A DNA stretch of 59,781 nt from Tubiluchus corallicola (lineage: Eukaryota > Animalia > Priapulida): positions 15,461-75,241 of the forward strand of contig JAQGDQ010000965.1 of the NCBI GenBank assembly GCA_030141605.1, written 5' to 3'. Every line of letters starts with the position of its first letter. The stretch's first letter is position 1. Below are positions 1-14,180 of this stretch, in pieces. A program made the position numbers and the translations under genes. The notes under the pieces are model-generated. The model was not told the origin of the DNA and did not search any database. It saw only the letters and a list, made by a program, of their open reading frames with translations.

Positions 1-1135
1 TAAAAAAAATATTTTTTTGTGATTTTTTGTACAAAGTAACGAGTTGTAAGCATTGGCAACACTGAAAACGAACGTTAGAAGGAGAGAAAGAGAAAGAAAA
101 CAAACCAACAAAAGCGCATTTCCGGATTTGCTATTTTACATTGTTTTTTTTTCTCATTGTCTTTTTGTTATCAAGATGGCGAAGTTTCAACCAAAGCATG
201 AGCTGGAGTTCGGTCTGAAAATAACTGAGAGAGACCCAACCACCAGAGACGTACTCTCTGTAGACTACCCTGCAGTTTTAGGACTATTTAATTTTTTTAT
301 GCTCATACGTTCTCTGCGGTTGTCTCTCGTTATTTTCAGACCGAACCTCAGCTCATGCTTTTGGCTGGAATCTCGCCATTTTGATAACAAAGCACAATGA
401 AAAGCAAAATAAAATAAACGCTGGAAATGCTTTTTGCTGGCTTCCATTTTCCTTCCTTTCTAACGTTTTCGCGTGTTGCCACGCTTACAACTCGCCATGC
501 AATAGAAAATCACAAAAAAAATTTTTATAGCGCATTTTTTAGCTTTTATGGATTTTCAAATTTTATTTTATGGATTTTTGGTCTTATTTTATGGATATCC
601 ATAAAATAAGACCAAAAATCCATAAAATAAAATTTGAAGAATCCATAAGATAAAAAATGCATATAATAAAAATTTTTTTTTTGTGATTTTCTGTACAAAG
701 TAACGAGTTGTAAGCATTGGCAACACTGAAAACGAACGTTAGAAGGAGAGAAAGAGAAAGAAAACAAACCAACAAAAGCGCATTTCCGGATTTGCTATTT
801 TACATTTTGCTTTTTTTTCATTGTCTTTTTGTTATCAAGATGGCGAAGTTTCAACCAAAGCATGAGCTGGAGTTCGGTCTGAAAATAACTGAGAGAGACC
901 CAACCACCAGAGACGTACTCTCTGTAGACTAATAAAATTAAAACTAAGTCCTGCGTGTTTAAAAACACGTTTCAAGCACTCATGTTTTTACTTTTTAATT
1001 GATTTCCCCCTGGGCATCTCGTTCCAGATATAGTCTATTTCTTATTTTATTGATATCCATAAAATAAAATTTCAAAAATCCATAAAATAAGCTATTTTAT
1101 TTATTTTATGCATATCCATAATCTTATGCACCCTG
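1..1135. mobile_element. Cluster of three partial or inverted copies of hAT MITE family A
   Basis: 1-~266 and ~597-1135 match the reverse complement of 2155-2716. ~300-596 is a diverged copy in the opposite orientation. The TIR ...ATAATCTTATGCACCCTG ends at 1135. Confidence 0.85.
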
Positions 1136-1342
1136 GCATTATACCAAAGCCATAAAGGTTAGCCAGTTGAACATGGCATTTGAGTAATAGTAGCAAGTAT
1201 AATGGACAGTATAATTGATTTGACCTTTAAAGTTGTCTGGGTCGTTGTTGAGTCTTAAATAATGCTAGCATGGTGCTGGATTTAAAATGTAATTTAGTGA
1301 CATTTGTTATAAATAATTGTGATTGTGGGATCGAGTTTTATA

Positions 1343-1620
1343 TGCTAGATAGATAGATAAACAATGCTAGATAGGTAGATAAACAATGCTAGATAGATAG
1401 ATAAACAATGCTAGATAGATAGATAAACAATGCTAGATAGATAGATAAACAATGCTAGATAGATAGATAAACAATGCTAGATAGATAGATAAACAATGCT
1501 AGATAGATAGATAAACAATGCTAGATAGATAGATAAACAATGCTAGATAGATAGATAAACAATGCTAGATAGATAGATAAACAATGCTAGATAGGTAGAT
1601 AAACAATGCTAGATAGATAT
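1343..1620. repeat. 22-bp minisatellite (AACAATGCTAGATAGATAGATA), about 12 copies
   Basis: Directly visible tandem units. Confidence 0.95.
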
Positions 1621-2154
1621 AGATAGCATATGAAGATATAGAGATACCTTTCTACAAAGATATAGGAAAGTGTATCTATCTATTTATTTACTTATTTTTA
1701 TTTTATTGAACCATAAGAAAAGAAATTACAGAAGATAAAGAAAAAGCGACTTAAAAAAACATTGTACATCTAAACAAAGAAACCACATAAGTTGTTTAAT
1801 GGTTTAAGCACAAAAAATGTATGCAACAGAGCAACATAACTTACTTATATACTTATAACATTATAACTTATAACACTTATAACATTATTTATATACTTAT
1901 AACATTATAACTTATAACACTTATAACATTACTTATATATGAGTTATTACAAAGTACAGTTGTGATGGGAACACAAAAGAATTTCCTTCATAGCATATGG
2001 TGTTCTCGGAAATCTTTATTTCTGTATATAAAAAAATGAAAATAATAAATTTGACTGCTTTAAAGGTCAAATCAATTATACTGTCCGTTATACTTGCTAC
2101 TATTACTCAAATGCCAGGTTCAACTGGCCAACCCTTAAGGCTTTGGTATAATGC

Positions 2155-2716
2155 CAGGGTGCATAAGATTATGGATATGCATAAAATAAATAAAATAGCT
2201 TATTTTATGGATTTTTGAAATTTTATTTTATGGATATCAATAAAATAAGAAATAGACTATATCTGGAATGAGATGCCCAGGGGGAAATCAATTAAAAAGT
2301 AAAAATAGGAGTGTTTGAAACGTGTTTTTAAACACACAGGACTTAGTTTTAATTTTATTAGTCTACAGAGAGTACGTCTCTGGTGGTTGGGTCTCTCTCA
2401 GTTATTTTCAGACCAAACTCCAGCTCATGCTTTGGTTGAAACTTCGCCATCTTGATAACAAAAAGACAATGAAAAAAAAACAAAATGTAAAATAGCAAAT
2501 CCGGAAATGCGCTTTTGTTGGTTTGTTTTCTTTCTCTTTCTCTCCTTCTAACGTTCGTTTTCAGTGTTGCCAATGCTTACAACTCGTTACTTTGTACAAA
2601 CAATCACAAAAAATTTTTTTATTATTTTATGCATTTTTTATCTTATGGATTCTTCAAATTTTATTTTATGGATTTTTGGTCTTATTTTATGGATATCCAT
2701 AATCTTATGCAGCCTG
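2155..2716 (-). mobile_element. hAT-superfamily MITE (family A), complete
   Basis: 24-bp TIRs CAGG(G/C)TGCATAAGATTATGGATAT and a perfect 8-bp TSD TATAATGC (2147-2154 and 2717-2724). Confidence 0.93.
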
Positions 2717-3059
2717 TATAATGCAGATGAACAGACAGACGCATGTATAGAGAGTCCACATTTACCCCTCATCAATGCTATGTTTAGAGAAGGGATAAAA
2801 ATCAATACTTCATGTCTCATTATCAAAACTCAGTGTCTCTTCACACTATGCTTATTTTCAGAGTAAATTTCAAATACACGGAAATTGTAAAAATCTGGTT
2901 GATTTAAAGACTTTACAAAATTTTACAATGTTAAAAAAGACTGATGCACTTAATAGAAATGTCACCACAGTACACATCATACCCAACTACATTTCACAGT
3001 GCATTCTTTTACAGTTCTACTCAACGTATTTTTCTACAAAAGCATTTTGTATACTGTAC

Positions 3060-6000
3060 CTTGTGCATTAAAAAGGACTGTACATATTGTAGACAATAGC
3101 GCCAAAGTTATAAGATCTCCGAGGCTTGCTGCTATAGGTGTCGCTACATTGTCTGGATTTATATTACATTTTCTTGACAAAACAACAACTATTATCATGA
3201 TGGACCCTACAAAAAGTATGGGAAATCGTTCAAAAACTGATGCAACAGCACACTTACAATAATAAAATCATGCACATAGTATTAGTATTAGTATTAGATA
3301 TGGTATCGTATTAAAATAAATGTGGAAATTGTGCATAAAACATACATTATGAATGCACAGACCAATCTCTTACAAGAGATGTGCTGAGAACAGTCAACTG
3401 CTAGCTGTGCAGCGTGAGGAAGAAAGAGAGAACTTAGTACAGCTTTACTTTGATGTACTTCTCTACTTTAACAAGATCCCGCTTGTCCACCCATTTTCTT
3501 ACGATACAAAAAGGGAGATGGAATAGGATACCCAGGGAAGAGCGCCTCTGGGTTTGCGGAACGGACGCCAACGATGAAGAACTTTATAGCAATTTGGACT
3601 TTACTTATATACAGACACTACATAACAGTTTGGACCAACACAACAGATTCAGAAAAGCTTAATTGTCGACTTAAGGACGATTTTGCTGCGCAAGCACATA
3701 TATCAATTCTCTGGCGTCATTAGTGGTTAATTTTGGATTTTTGATTAATTTTGGGGGTGAGATTATTTTGTTTATAAAATATATTTAGAAAGACCTGACA
3801 TTTCACAGTGGCAAACATCTAATAAGTCACAAATGTGACCATGTTTAAAACTGCAACATATTTATGTACAGAAAAAACGTACCATTGTAAAGATATCAAT
3901 AAACGCGACATTTAAGTAACAAATCTCACCTAAAATTGCACTAGCTAAGGAAGCCGTTACTAAAGAACTCGCACACATGAGCAGTGCATCGCTCCACAAA
4001 AATTTCCCGTCCGGGATCCAACCCATAACGATGGCCGCCATGGACGCCAGAAATCCAACAACGGTGGCTTGGCATTGTAGGATAGCCATGTTGCCCAACA
4101 CCATCTTCCACAATTCAGCACGGACCTCCATATGCCCGAGATTCGCCTAAAATATGTCAACCAATCGTGAACTCATTAGTAAATAAACGTATTTTCATAA
4201 TTCTTCATGGCATTTTACCACTCAGTGTGAAGACTTGTTATTTACATTTATTGAGATGGGTTCGATTCCAAAGTTATGCAAGGAAGTCAAACGCACTGAC
4301 AAAAATTAAATAGTATCTAACAAAAGTCAGCTTAGAAACCTGTCATTTTCATGAACATATTTTGGTATAGAATTTAAAAGTCGACCAAGTAGGTTGTCGC
4401 AGATGCGAGCATTTAAAACTACAAATCAAAATTAATAATAAACTGTAATTTAAATGCTGTAAAAAATATAAAAACATCTAAAGGTCCCTGGTTCATTCCC
4501 GGGTTTTGGCAACAAACTCAATGTCGTGACGCTAAACTTGTCGCTGGGGTGTTTTGGGGAGAGCCAGCAACCGACATTGGCAGGTTTATCAGACTGTTTT
4601 TGTAGTTGCGATGTTCGTGTTAAACAGATGAAATCACTGGATGAAAACATGGTTTAACTTTGCAATCTGTATTCTACTCAAAATCATAGTCTCATACTCA
4701 GTCCACATATACACGAAAATGGTAAACATAATCAACAGTAGTAAACAAAAGTTAAAGTAAATCCATCAGCCAATATATCATGGCACCCGAGTCAAAACGT
4801 TATTATAACCTCACAACTGTTTAAGCCTATTGCTTGTCCTCTAATCTTGCTACCAAGTGTCAAAAACTACTACATTCACAGAGAAGCCCAGTAACCCAGT
4901 TCCATACAAACATATAGCAGTAGCAAGTACATACATATATTGGAAACTTCCAAGTGTACAACCAGATGTCAGCACTGACTTTGTGGTAGTGAAAAACAAA
5001 AGTTTAAAACTACAAATCAAAATTATTAATAAACTGTAAGTTAAATGCTCGCATCTGCAACACAGGTTACATTATGTCGAACTTCAAATTACGGGAAAAA
5101 ACATTTTAGAATAATTTACATACTTCTTTAGCAAACTGTTGCACTGTAAATATTTTTTGTCCAATTAGCAATCTTAAAGATTAAATACTGTGCAAAGAAA
5201 TTAAGTAGGCATTAAAGTCGCACTAATGAGAAAAGGAAAGATCAAATGCAAATAACTCATCCAGCACTGTTCACCCATCATTGTATATATTGGCACAAAA
5301 ACTGATTAGAAAGTGTGGAAGTTGTAATTAGGTGCTGCCATCTATGGGCTAATCTTGTTACATTCTACCAGCTGACTTACCCCCAGTATAATTGTATGGT
5401 TCTCTTCCTATTTTAAAGTAATGGTTGTTGTGAAGCCTGTGCAAGTCTGCATAGGTCACCTATACCTATATATGACTGGTTTTGCTTTCTACTCTCACTC
5501 TCAGTGCAGTGCAGCAGTCATGCTACTCATGTGTCTGTAGTTTTTAATAAACACTTTTCTATTGTGTGCAGTGCAAATATGTATTATAGATTTTTTACTC
5601 TTGTTCATACTTCTGTGCCTAAACTCAATCATAACAAAGTGAGAGATCAACAACTTCAAACATGACTTTCACAGAAAGCACTTATACATACTCGCCACTT
5701 ACTGCTGCTTGCTCAACAACCGATACTTAAATTTTAAAAGTTGAATTCATTCCATTTTGATTTCAGTGATTTCAGAAAAAAATGACTGTTTCTTTCAGTT
5801 CATAGTTCATCCCTTAAACATTTCTAGATAAATTACTAAGGTTGCCCTCGTGTTAGGCGCAGCGTGATAGCAAACACACACACACACACATCGGAATAGA
5901 TAGATCTCACAACAAGTATCGTTTATACATGGCAGAGGCAACATCTTTGCCGCAACAATAAATATTACAAAGATCCTATGTCAATTACAAGTGAATCGAC

Positions 6001-9000
6001 TCCAATTACATTTTGCTAGAAACCTGATAGTTATTGCGATATTTCCATTCTGAAGGCGGAATACTGTTACAAGTCAGTGCTTGCTGACGTCTAACACACC
6101 TTTCCCAGAAACGTGGGCGGCTGAACAGATTCAGCGATGTGCTGTTCAATTTTGATTAAATGAAATGATTTCGTCCACCGCCATGGTCGACGTATCGCCA
6201 CTACCTCAGCTTTAGATATGGAACTACTATCTAACTTTAGAGAGAAAACCGAGTTCATAGATTAAAACAACAAAATCAGCTTCAGTCACAGTTACAGTCG
6301 GTACGCCTAGACCAGGGGTGTGCAAATTATCCGACTAGCCGGGCCACATTAAACTTTCCCGCAATTCCTGCGGGCCACACGCAGTTTGATCAAGGAGCCA
6401 AGTACAGAAAGGCCTAATAACGATTTTTTTTGCATCCGACCTGCGTACATCATTACTACTACACCCAAGAAACTATTTTAGAAGTTATTAAAATTTATCT
6501 TACAAACCATATATTTCTACTTTCAGGACAGATAGTGGTAATTTCAATACAATGCGTATTAGTAATGTGTATCACACAGTCTGTGTAGTACAGTGTTATT
6601 AAGCTACAACCGTCTTGTAAGGGTTAATGGCATCCGATCTAGTAGAAAAAACTACCCGCACTATCTTTGGGATCGTGGCGCGGACTTCAGCTGGATACAC
6701 CCAATTAATCGCCCGGGCCGCACTTTCATTAGGTTGACAAATCTTTTCACGGGCCGCACAAATTCTCTCGGCGGGCCGCAAGTGGCCCGCGGCCGCAATT
6801 TGCACACCCCTGCTTTGGTCTTTTTGCATGAGTGCTTATTCCAAGTTTTCCCAAAAAAACAGACAGTAACACATCAAGCTTGTCCTGCCACTGGCCATAC
6901 AAGCATTTCCTAAATCAGAATAGGTAACATAGAGACTGCATGGCCAGTTCTACAAGCCATAAATCATTTATGCAGTACCTGTGTGGAGAGTCTAGAGGCA
7001 AGAGTCATTTCAAGATTTCCCTTCAGTCCCAACAAAGCTGGCACGAGAATGAAGATTTCCGTCACCTGAATGAACACCTGCCAATGCTGAAATCAATGGA
7101 AACCAATTCCAGGTTAGCTATCACCTGTGCTCTTTCAACTCACAACCAAAAACTTTCATAGGCAAGATAAACAATGGCATCGTAAAACAACTGTATCGTC
7201 TAAATAAATTATGTAACAAAAAATTAGATAATGTCTAAGAGGGAGGGAGTAATGAGTGTGGTGAGGAGGAAAGGGGGGTTCAGTCAAGTGCTAGATAACA
7301 TTTCAGATTCTTTCTTCATACAAGTGCTTATGAAAGCTAGTGGAAAACTCGCTTGCAAAAAATTAAAAATGCCGCAAATAAAAAATTAGATAAGTCTAAG
7401 AGGGAGGGAGTAATGAGTGTGGTGAGGAGGAAAGGGGGGGTTCAGTCAAGTGCTAGATAACATTTCAGATTCTTTCTTCGTACAAGTGCTTATGAAAGCT
7501 AGTGGAAAACTCGCTTGCAAAAAATTAAAAACGCCGCAAATAAAAAATTACATAATGTCTAAGAGGGAGGGAGTAATGAGTGTGGTGAGGAGGAAGGGGG
7601 GGTTCAGTCAAGTGCTAGATAACATTTCAGATTCTTTCTTCGTACAAGTGCTTATGAAAGCTAGTGGAAAACTCGCTTGCAAAAAATTAAAAACGCCGCA
7701 AATAAAAAATTACATAATGTCTAAGAGGGAGGGAGTAATGAGTGTGGTGAGGAGGAAGGGGGGGGGGTTCAGTCAAGTGCTAGATAACATTTCAGATTCT
7801 TTCTTCGTACAAGTGCTTATGAAAGCTAGTGGAAAACTCGCTTGCAAAAAATTAAAAACGCCGCAAATAAAAAATTACATAATGTCTAAGAGGGAGGGAG
7901 TAATGAGTGTGGTGAGGAGGAAGGGGGGGGGGGGGGTTCAGTCAAGTGCTAGATAACATTTCAGATTCTTTCTTCGTACAAGTGCTTATGAAAGCTAGTG
8001 GAAAACTCGCTTGCAAAAAATTAAAAACGCCGCAAATAAAAAAGTAGATAAGCGAAAATCTTTTAAACACATTTGTTATCAATCTACAAGAAATAAATCA
8101 TATTTAATGGCTTTTGCCATAATTATATGAAGTAATAATATCACAAATTCAACTTTTAATTTAATTCAATTACTTTGATAATTGAATTCAAGTACTTTTG
8201 CATTTTTCGCTACACCTATGAACATGGCTGCTTAGGTCTCATTACTTTCTTTAATAATAGTGATCATTTATAGTACTTTACTGATTATATATTGTATTTC
8301 ACTGATTATATATTGTATTCCAAAAATGTGTGTCACTTGATTATGATATTTGTTAAACCAATAAATTATTCTGAATTTGAATATCATCAAACTTTAATTT
8401 TTCAAGATAAATGTTTTGGGTCCACGCTACACAGATGAATTAGAGAAAGTAAAACCTAAAAACTGAGACAAATTTGATAAACAAAATGAATATATCTATA
8501 GATGAGATATTAGTAAATCTCAGCAACTTTTAGCTGAAAGCACCCAGTGTTACGTAGCAACAGCGGCGGATTATGATTTTATGGGCCTTAGGCTTGAGCT
8601 TGGAACGGGCCTTTTAAATGTTGCTACACTGCTGAGCTGACGTGTTTTTGTGGAGCTCTCGTCGTTTGTAAGTAATTATAACTGACTTTGCCCCCAGAAA
8701 AATTTGGAAACTGAAATTTTGAACTTAAACTTAAACTGTGTAAACGTGAATTGTGTAAACTTGATTTGTGTAAACCCGATTTGAAATATAGTGACTGACT
8801 TTTGAAAAAAAAACTTTTTTCTATATTTTATTTTGGCGGGCCCCTTGCTCTTTTGTCAATTTATCTTTTTTTACAAAAAAAATTTTTTTTCGTTTTATTT
8901 TGCCGGGCCCCTTTTGGTCCCGGGCCTTAGGCTTCAGCCTATTCAGCCTATAGGGCTATCCGCTACAGCGTAGCAAAGCAAGGCCTTGATTTACCACCGA

Positions 9001-12000
9001 AAATTTTATTTAAATTTCAGAACTATAATAATTTTTCCTCGATTTACAAGTTTTTTTTATTATTTCGCAATCTAAAAATGCAGCAACTGAATTTACAAAC
9101 AGCATAACATCGAATGTATTTATATAAAATGTTTTTTAAGCAAATCAGTTTCTAGATAGTTTTTCTATGTTTCACCTACAGTCATGTTTCAGCAAGTCTT
9201 TGCAATCATTTTCGCTATAATTTCAGATGTTGTTGCAATATTCTTGAAAAAAATGTAATTATCAACATCACAGATTTGTGGTTGTTCTGTTTCTTCTTGC
9301 CGTTGTTATCTCTGAGCATGGCATTTGAATACCTCTTTGTTCAAAATCTTGGCGGTAATAGCTCATATTTAAAGGTCAGGTTCATAAAAATTAAGCGTTT
9401 GTGGTGTGCTAGCATAATATTATATTTTAATTGTGAAATAAGGTTCGTAAATTATACAATCTCTTTTTTTACTTTTTAATTCCTGCTTTTTCGCAACGCA
9501 AGCTATGAAACACTGAACTAGAATCTTAGCTTTGTTTCTTTTGGTTTTGGGTACAGTTTACATGTTTCTTGTGGGATATTAAAGTGACATAAGTGCATGT
9601 GAAAAATATTTTCAGTTCATTATGATTGCAGTAGGTTTTATATGTCAAATGTAGACCAGCGCTAACTCAAATGTAGATTTAGGTAATTCAAATGTGTCTT
9701 GGTAACTCAAATGTAGATTTAGGTAATTCAAATGTGTCTTGGTAACTCAAATGTAGATTTAGGTAATTCAAATGTGTCTTGGTAACTCAAATGTAGATTT
9801 AGGTAATTCAAATGTGTCTTGGTAACTCAAAGGTAGACTTAGGTAGTTCAAATGTGTCTTGGTAACTCAAATGTAGACTTAGGTAGTTCAAATGTGTCTT
9901 GGTAACTCAAATGTAGACTTAGGTAATTCAAATGTGTCTTGGTAACTCAAATGTAGACTTAGGTAGTTCAAATGTGTTAACAATGGTTTTCAACAAATCT
10001 TGAGCGTTTTTGGTAAGTCAAATGTAGACACATGTCAAGTCAAATGTGACATTGGTATCTCAAATGTGGATAGGTGGTAAAGTTTAAGGATGTTAAATTT
10101 AATCTTCTTTAATTTCAATTTAATAATTGCTCCTAAGTTAAAATAACAACGTTATAGGCCTACTAATAGATGCACTATCTTTGGTTTATCTTTTTCTAAT
10201 TTGCACTTAAATAACTTAATTACTGATTTATTCAAAGTAATGCATCTACATTTGACTTACCTAAGTCACATTTGAGTTACCAAAACACATTCGAAATTCC
10301 TATGTCTACATTTGACTTACCTAAGTCACATTTGAACTTTCCTGTGTCTACATTTGACGTGTATATACTACACAAATGTGCATATGAATTTCATATATTC
10401 CACAGGGCCATTAAAAAAAACATTCCTAGCGGCGCTTGGAGGAGATTTTGGAAGAAAATTTGTAACTCCTTGGAAAGAGGAGAAACCAGGTTACGTCTCT
10501 TTTACAACTATATATGGACAGTCCCTTTTTATAAATGCCTCTACCAAGATGAATGACTACAAGCTTGTTTTGGAAAATGCTTTTTCTGGACAACTCTGTA
10601 TATTTTGATGTCCTAATAATGATAACAGTTTATTTTTATGATGTGAGTAATTAGAAATGTGATACGCTAAATTTATATGCAACGAAATTTTAAACTCTAG
10701 TGTTTTTATGTTATCCAAACTGTATAATACAGGCAAATTCTCTTCAGCTTAAACCGTTATAATACATAAATTTTAACTAACATCCATTTTATTTTATTAA
10801 TAATCACAAATCCTTATATTTTATTATGTGCAAATATTTAAAATTATTTTTTAAACGAATATCAGTTGTGTATACTGTATACAGTAAAAAAAATTTTACT
10901 CACAATAAATGAAATGCTGTAGATATAATAGTGCATTAATTAAAAAAGCTATATATAGAGTATTTTCTTAAAAACGTAGAAACATAACTGAAAGTTCAAA
11001 TTACACTTAAAACATATTCTGCTTAGCATTGTAGCACAGCAAAGTTGGGTAATAAAGTACTAGCACACCACAAATACTTTGTTTAGAGAAAGTATATCTT
11101 CAAAATACAAACTGCTGCACCAAGATTTTGAATTGTAGCACAGCAAAGTTGGGTAATAAAGTACTAGCACACCACAAATACTTTGTTTAGAGAAAGTATA
11201 TCTTCAAAATACAAACTACTGCATCAAGATTTTGAAGAGGGGGAGAACCTTTGTCACAGTTCTTCATAATAAAGATGAAAACTGCACAGCTGCTTTTTTA
11301 CGACACAACCATTGCAAGTTTTATCAAGCACAATGCAATGACATCTGAAATTATACAGGTTTTACACGTCAAATGTAGACATAGGAATTTCGAATATGTT
11401 TTGGTAACTCAAATGTGACTTAGGTAAGTCAAATGTAGACACAGGAATTTCGAATGTGTTTTGGTAACTCAAATGTGACTTAGGTAAGTCAAATGTAGAT
11501 GCGGTACTTTGAATAAATCGGTAATTAACTCATTTAAGTGCAAATTGCAAAAAGATAAAACCAAATTAAAATTATATTTTATGGTCATGGTGCTATCGGC
11601 AGCATCAATTTTTATTATATTTAATTAATTTGCAACATTTGTATGGACGTTAATACATTTTTCAAATATAATGAAAATGTTTATTAATGAATTAGTTTCT
11701 CTCAAGAAACATTGCTTATTTTAAGAATGTATTGTTTTCTCTAACAGTTCCAATGGTATGTAAAGTTTGCAGAATATTAGTGAACCTATAACGTTGTTAT
11801 TTTAACTTAGGAGCAATTATTAAATTTAAATTAAAGAAGATTAAATTTAACATCCTTAAACTTTACCACCTATCCACATTTGAGATACCAATGTCACATT
11901 TGACTTGACATGTGTCTACATTTGACTTACCAAAAATGCTTAAGATTTCTTGAAAACCATTGTTAACACATTTGAACTACCAAAGTCTACATTTGAGTTA

Positions 12001-14131
12001 CCAAGACACATTTGAACTACCTAAGTCTACATTTGAGTTACCAAGACACATTTGAATTACCTAAATCTACATTTGAGTTAACGCAGGTCTACATTTGACA
12101 TGTAAAACCTATAATACGAATTATTGTACAGGGTTATTCAAAATAGTGTGGTATGGTATAATGCACTGCCTGAACTATAGCTGCAAAACCACACACACAA
12201 TAAAGATAATTTTTCACCATACCTGAACAATATCCAACACCATCCCGGCTCCCACCATTCCAAACCCGGCAATGAGAAATGGAAAGAATACTTGGAGTCC
12301 AATCATCCATGATGCTTCTTCAACGGCAACCACACTCACCTGTACAAATATAAAAACCAATTAAATTACGTGCTTTAAACATTCTTATAACAAAACAATT
12401 TTGAAATCATTTTCTCTTACGAAATGGAAAACTAAATAAAATTTTATTTTGTCTCCAAAAAAAGAAAGAAAGTCGGATAATAAATTTGTTCTCATCAACG
12501 ACATTAGCAACTTTTACAGCACTTCAGACTGATATCGACTGCCCGTTTGTAAAAATGCAAAGCTGGCTAAACAAAATTCAAATTGAACAAGCATGGCTAA
12601 TTAAACATCCTTAATGAAACACACTAACAACTGAATCCTTAAACATCATATTTAGAAATACTAATATTACAACCTAAATAACTATGGAAGTTTTTGCTGA
12701 ATCAATTAAAGTGGTTTATTTATGATATTGCAGCAATGATCAGGCTGAAATAACAACAACAAAATAATTACATATAATACTGCCATACCACATAGAGCGT
12801 AAGTACAAATATAAATGTTTCGAATTATACTAGTTTAAGAATTGTTTCTTTAATCACAAAAGTAAAACTGCAAATAATATAACGTTCTAAATGTTAAACA
12901 TCTGCTTGACACTGCATGGAGTTCTTATTGTTAAATGTGTTAAAAATTACCTCCTGGCAAACAGCAATACGGGTGCTCTTCATATGCTGAAATCTTCGAG
13001 ATCCTCTACAACCCTTTGAACACGTTCGATTTCAGTCATGATCACTCACTCAGGTTTATTGACAGCTTGCCTGTGATTTTATCCTTAATGATGTTTAGAT
13101 AAGGCTCCATTTTGTATTTGCATTTAGCCCTCTGTAAAGTCCTGAGCTTGTTACGGCCTCCCTTTTTCTTATCATCTCACTGAAACAACGAAAGATTTCT
13201 TCTAGTGCCAATGTCTGAACCAGCACGGAAGCGTAGCAGTGAGAGCTAGAGACTTAATGTGGCTTAGAAATGCAACTCTTTAATAGAAATGCAAAAACGA
13301 AAACCAATCTCAGGAGTATGTTACAGTACACTTACATGGCCGTCAGTATCAACATCTCCCTCAATAAGTGGCTCTTGGTCACTAGGAAGTTTAGGAATGT
13401 ACACTAGTTCTTCGGAATCACCAAGTCGGGTTTCCGCTAATGGGGGAATTGAGCCATTATTAAGCTGTTCCTGTAAAGCGCACAATTGCCAAAACTATAA
13501 CATCCAACTATTATCCAAATATCACAAATGTCATTCTAGTAACCAACTTTACTTGACCTGCAGTTTATCATTTTGTTCTACTTAATTTTAAGTCAAAATT
13601 TTGTTATATTATTGGAAATTTGTTACCTAGCACACACATATTTCCTAGATTTCGTTAGAATGCACTTTTCTACTAAACACAGTACAGTCGACCCTCGTTA
13701 AACCGGACCCCGTTAGCCCGGATATCGGATAAGACGGACGTCATCCGTGGTAAAGGAAACTGACCGATTTCCGACCGAGCCGGAACGTTAAACACAACAC
13801 GGCCTACCAACTCACCACGACCCATTGAGGGGCGGAAGCGGCTCACGGTGCCGCCCAGGCTGCTACGATTCCCGCCAAAATTCACTTTGCTTACCCCATC
13901 GAATACGTATGCTGTACTTTTTTATTATTTAAACTGTACAATAATTTCTTTATCCTCACAGGTTAACTATTTTAAAGTAATATACAGTATAGTATATAGT
14001 GCAATGTATATAAGCCTTATGAAGGTTATTATTCCTGTATAATATAGACCATATATAGGCATATCAGATAAATCGGACAATCGGGTAAACCGGACCCCCC
14101 CCCCCAATTAGTCCGGTTTAACGAGGGTTGA

Positions 14132-14180
<49 letters not shown>

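Noticed and set aside
53-2866. Cluster of 60-115 aa ORFs as host genes
   Set aside because: They are repeated readings of the same MITE copies, and the frames differ between copies.
7450-7956. 168-aa repeat ORF
   Set aside because: It arises from a 162-bp (3n) tandem unit inside an intron on the antisense strand, and neighbouring units are frameshifted by the G-run.
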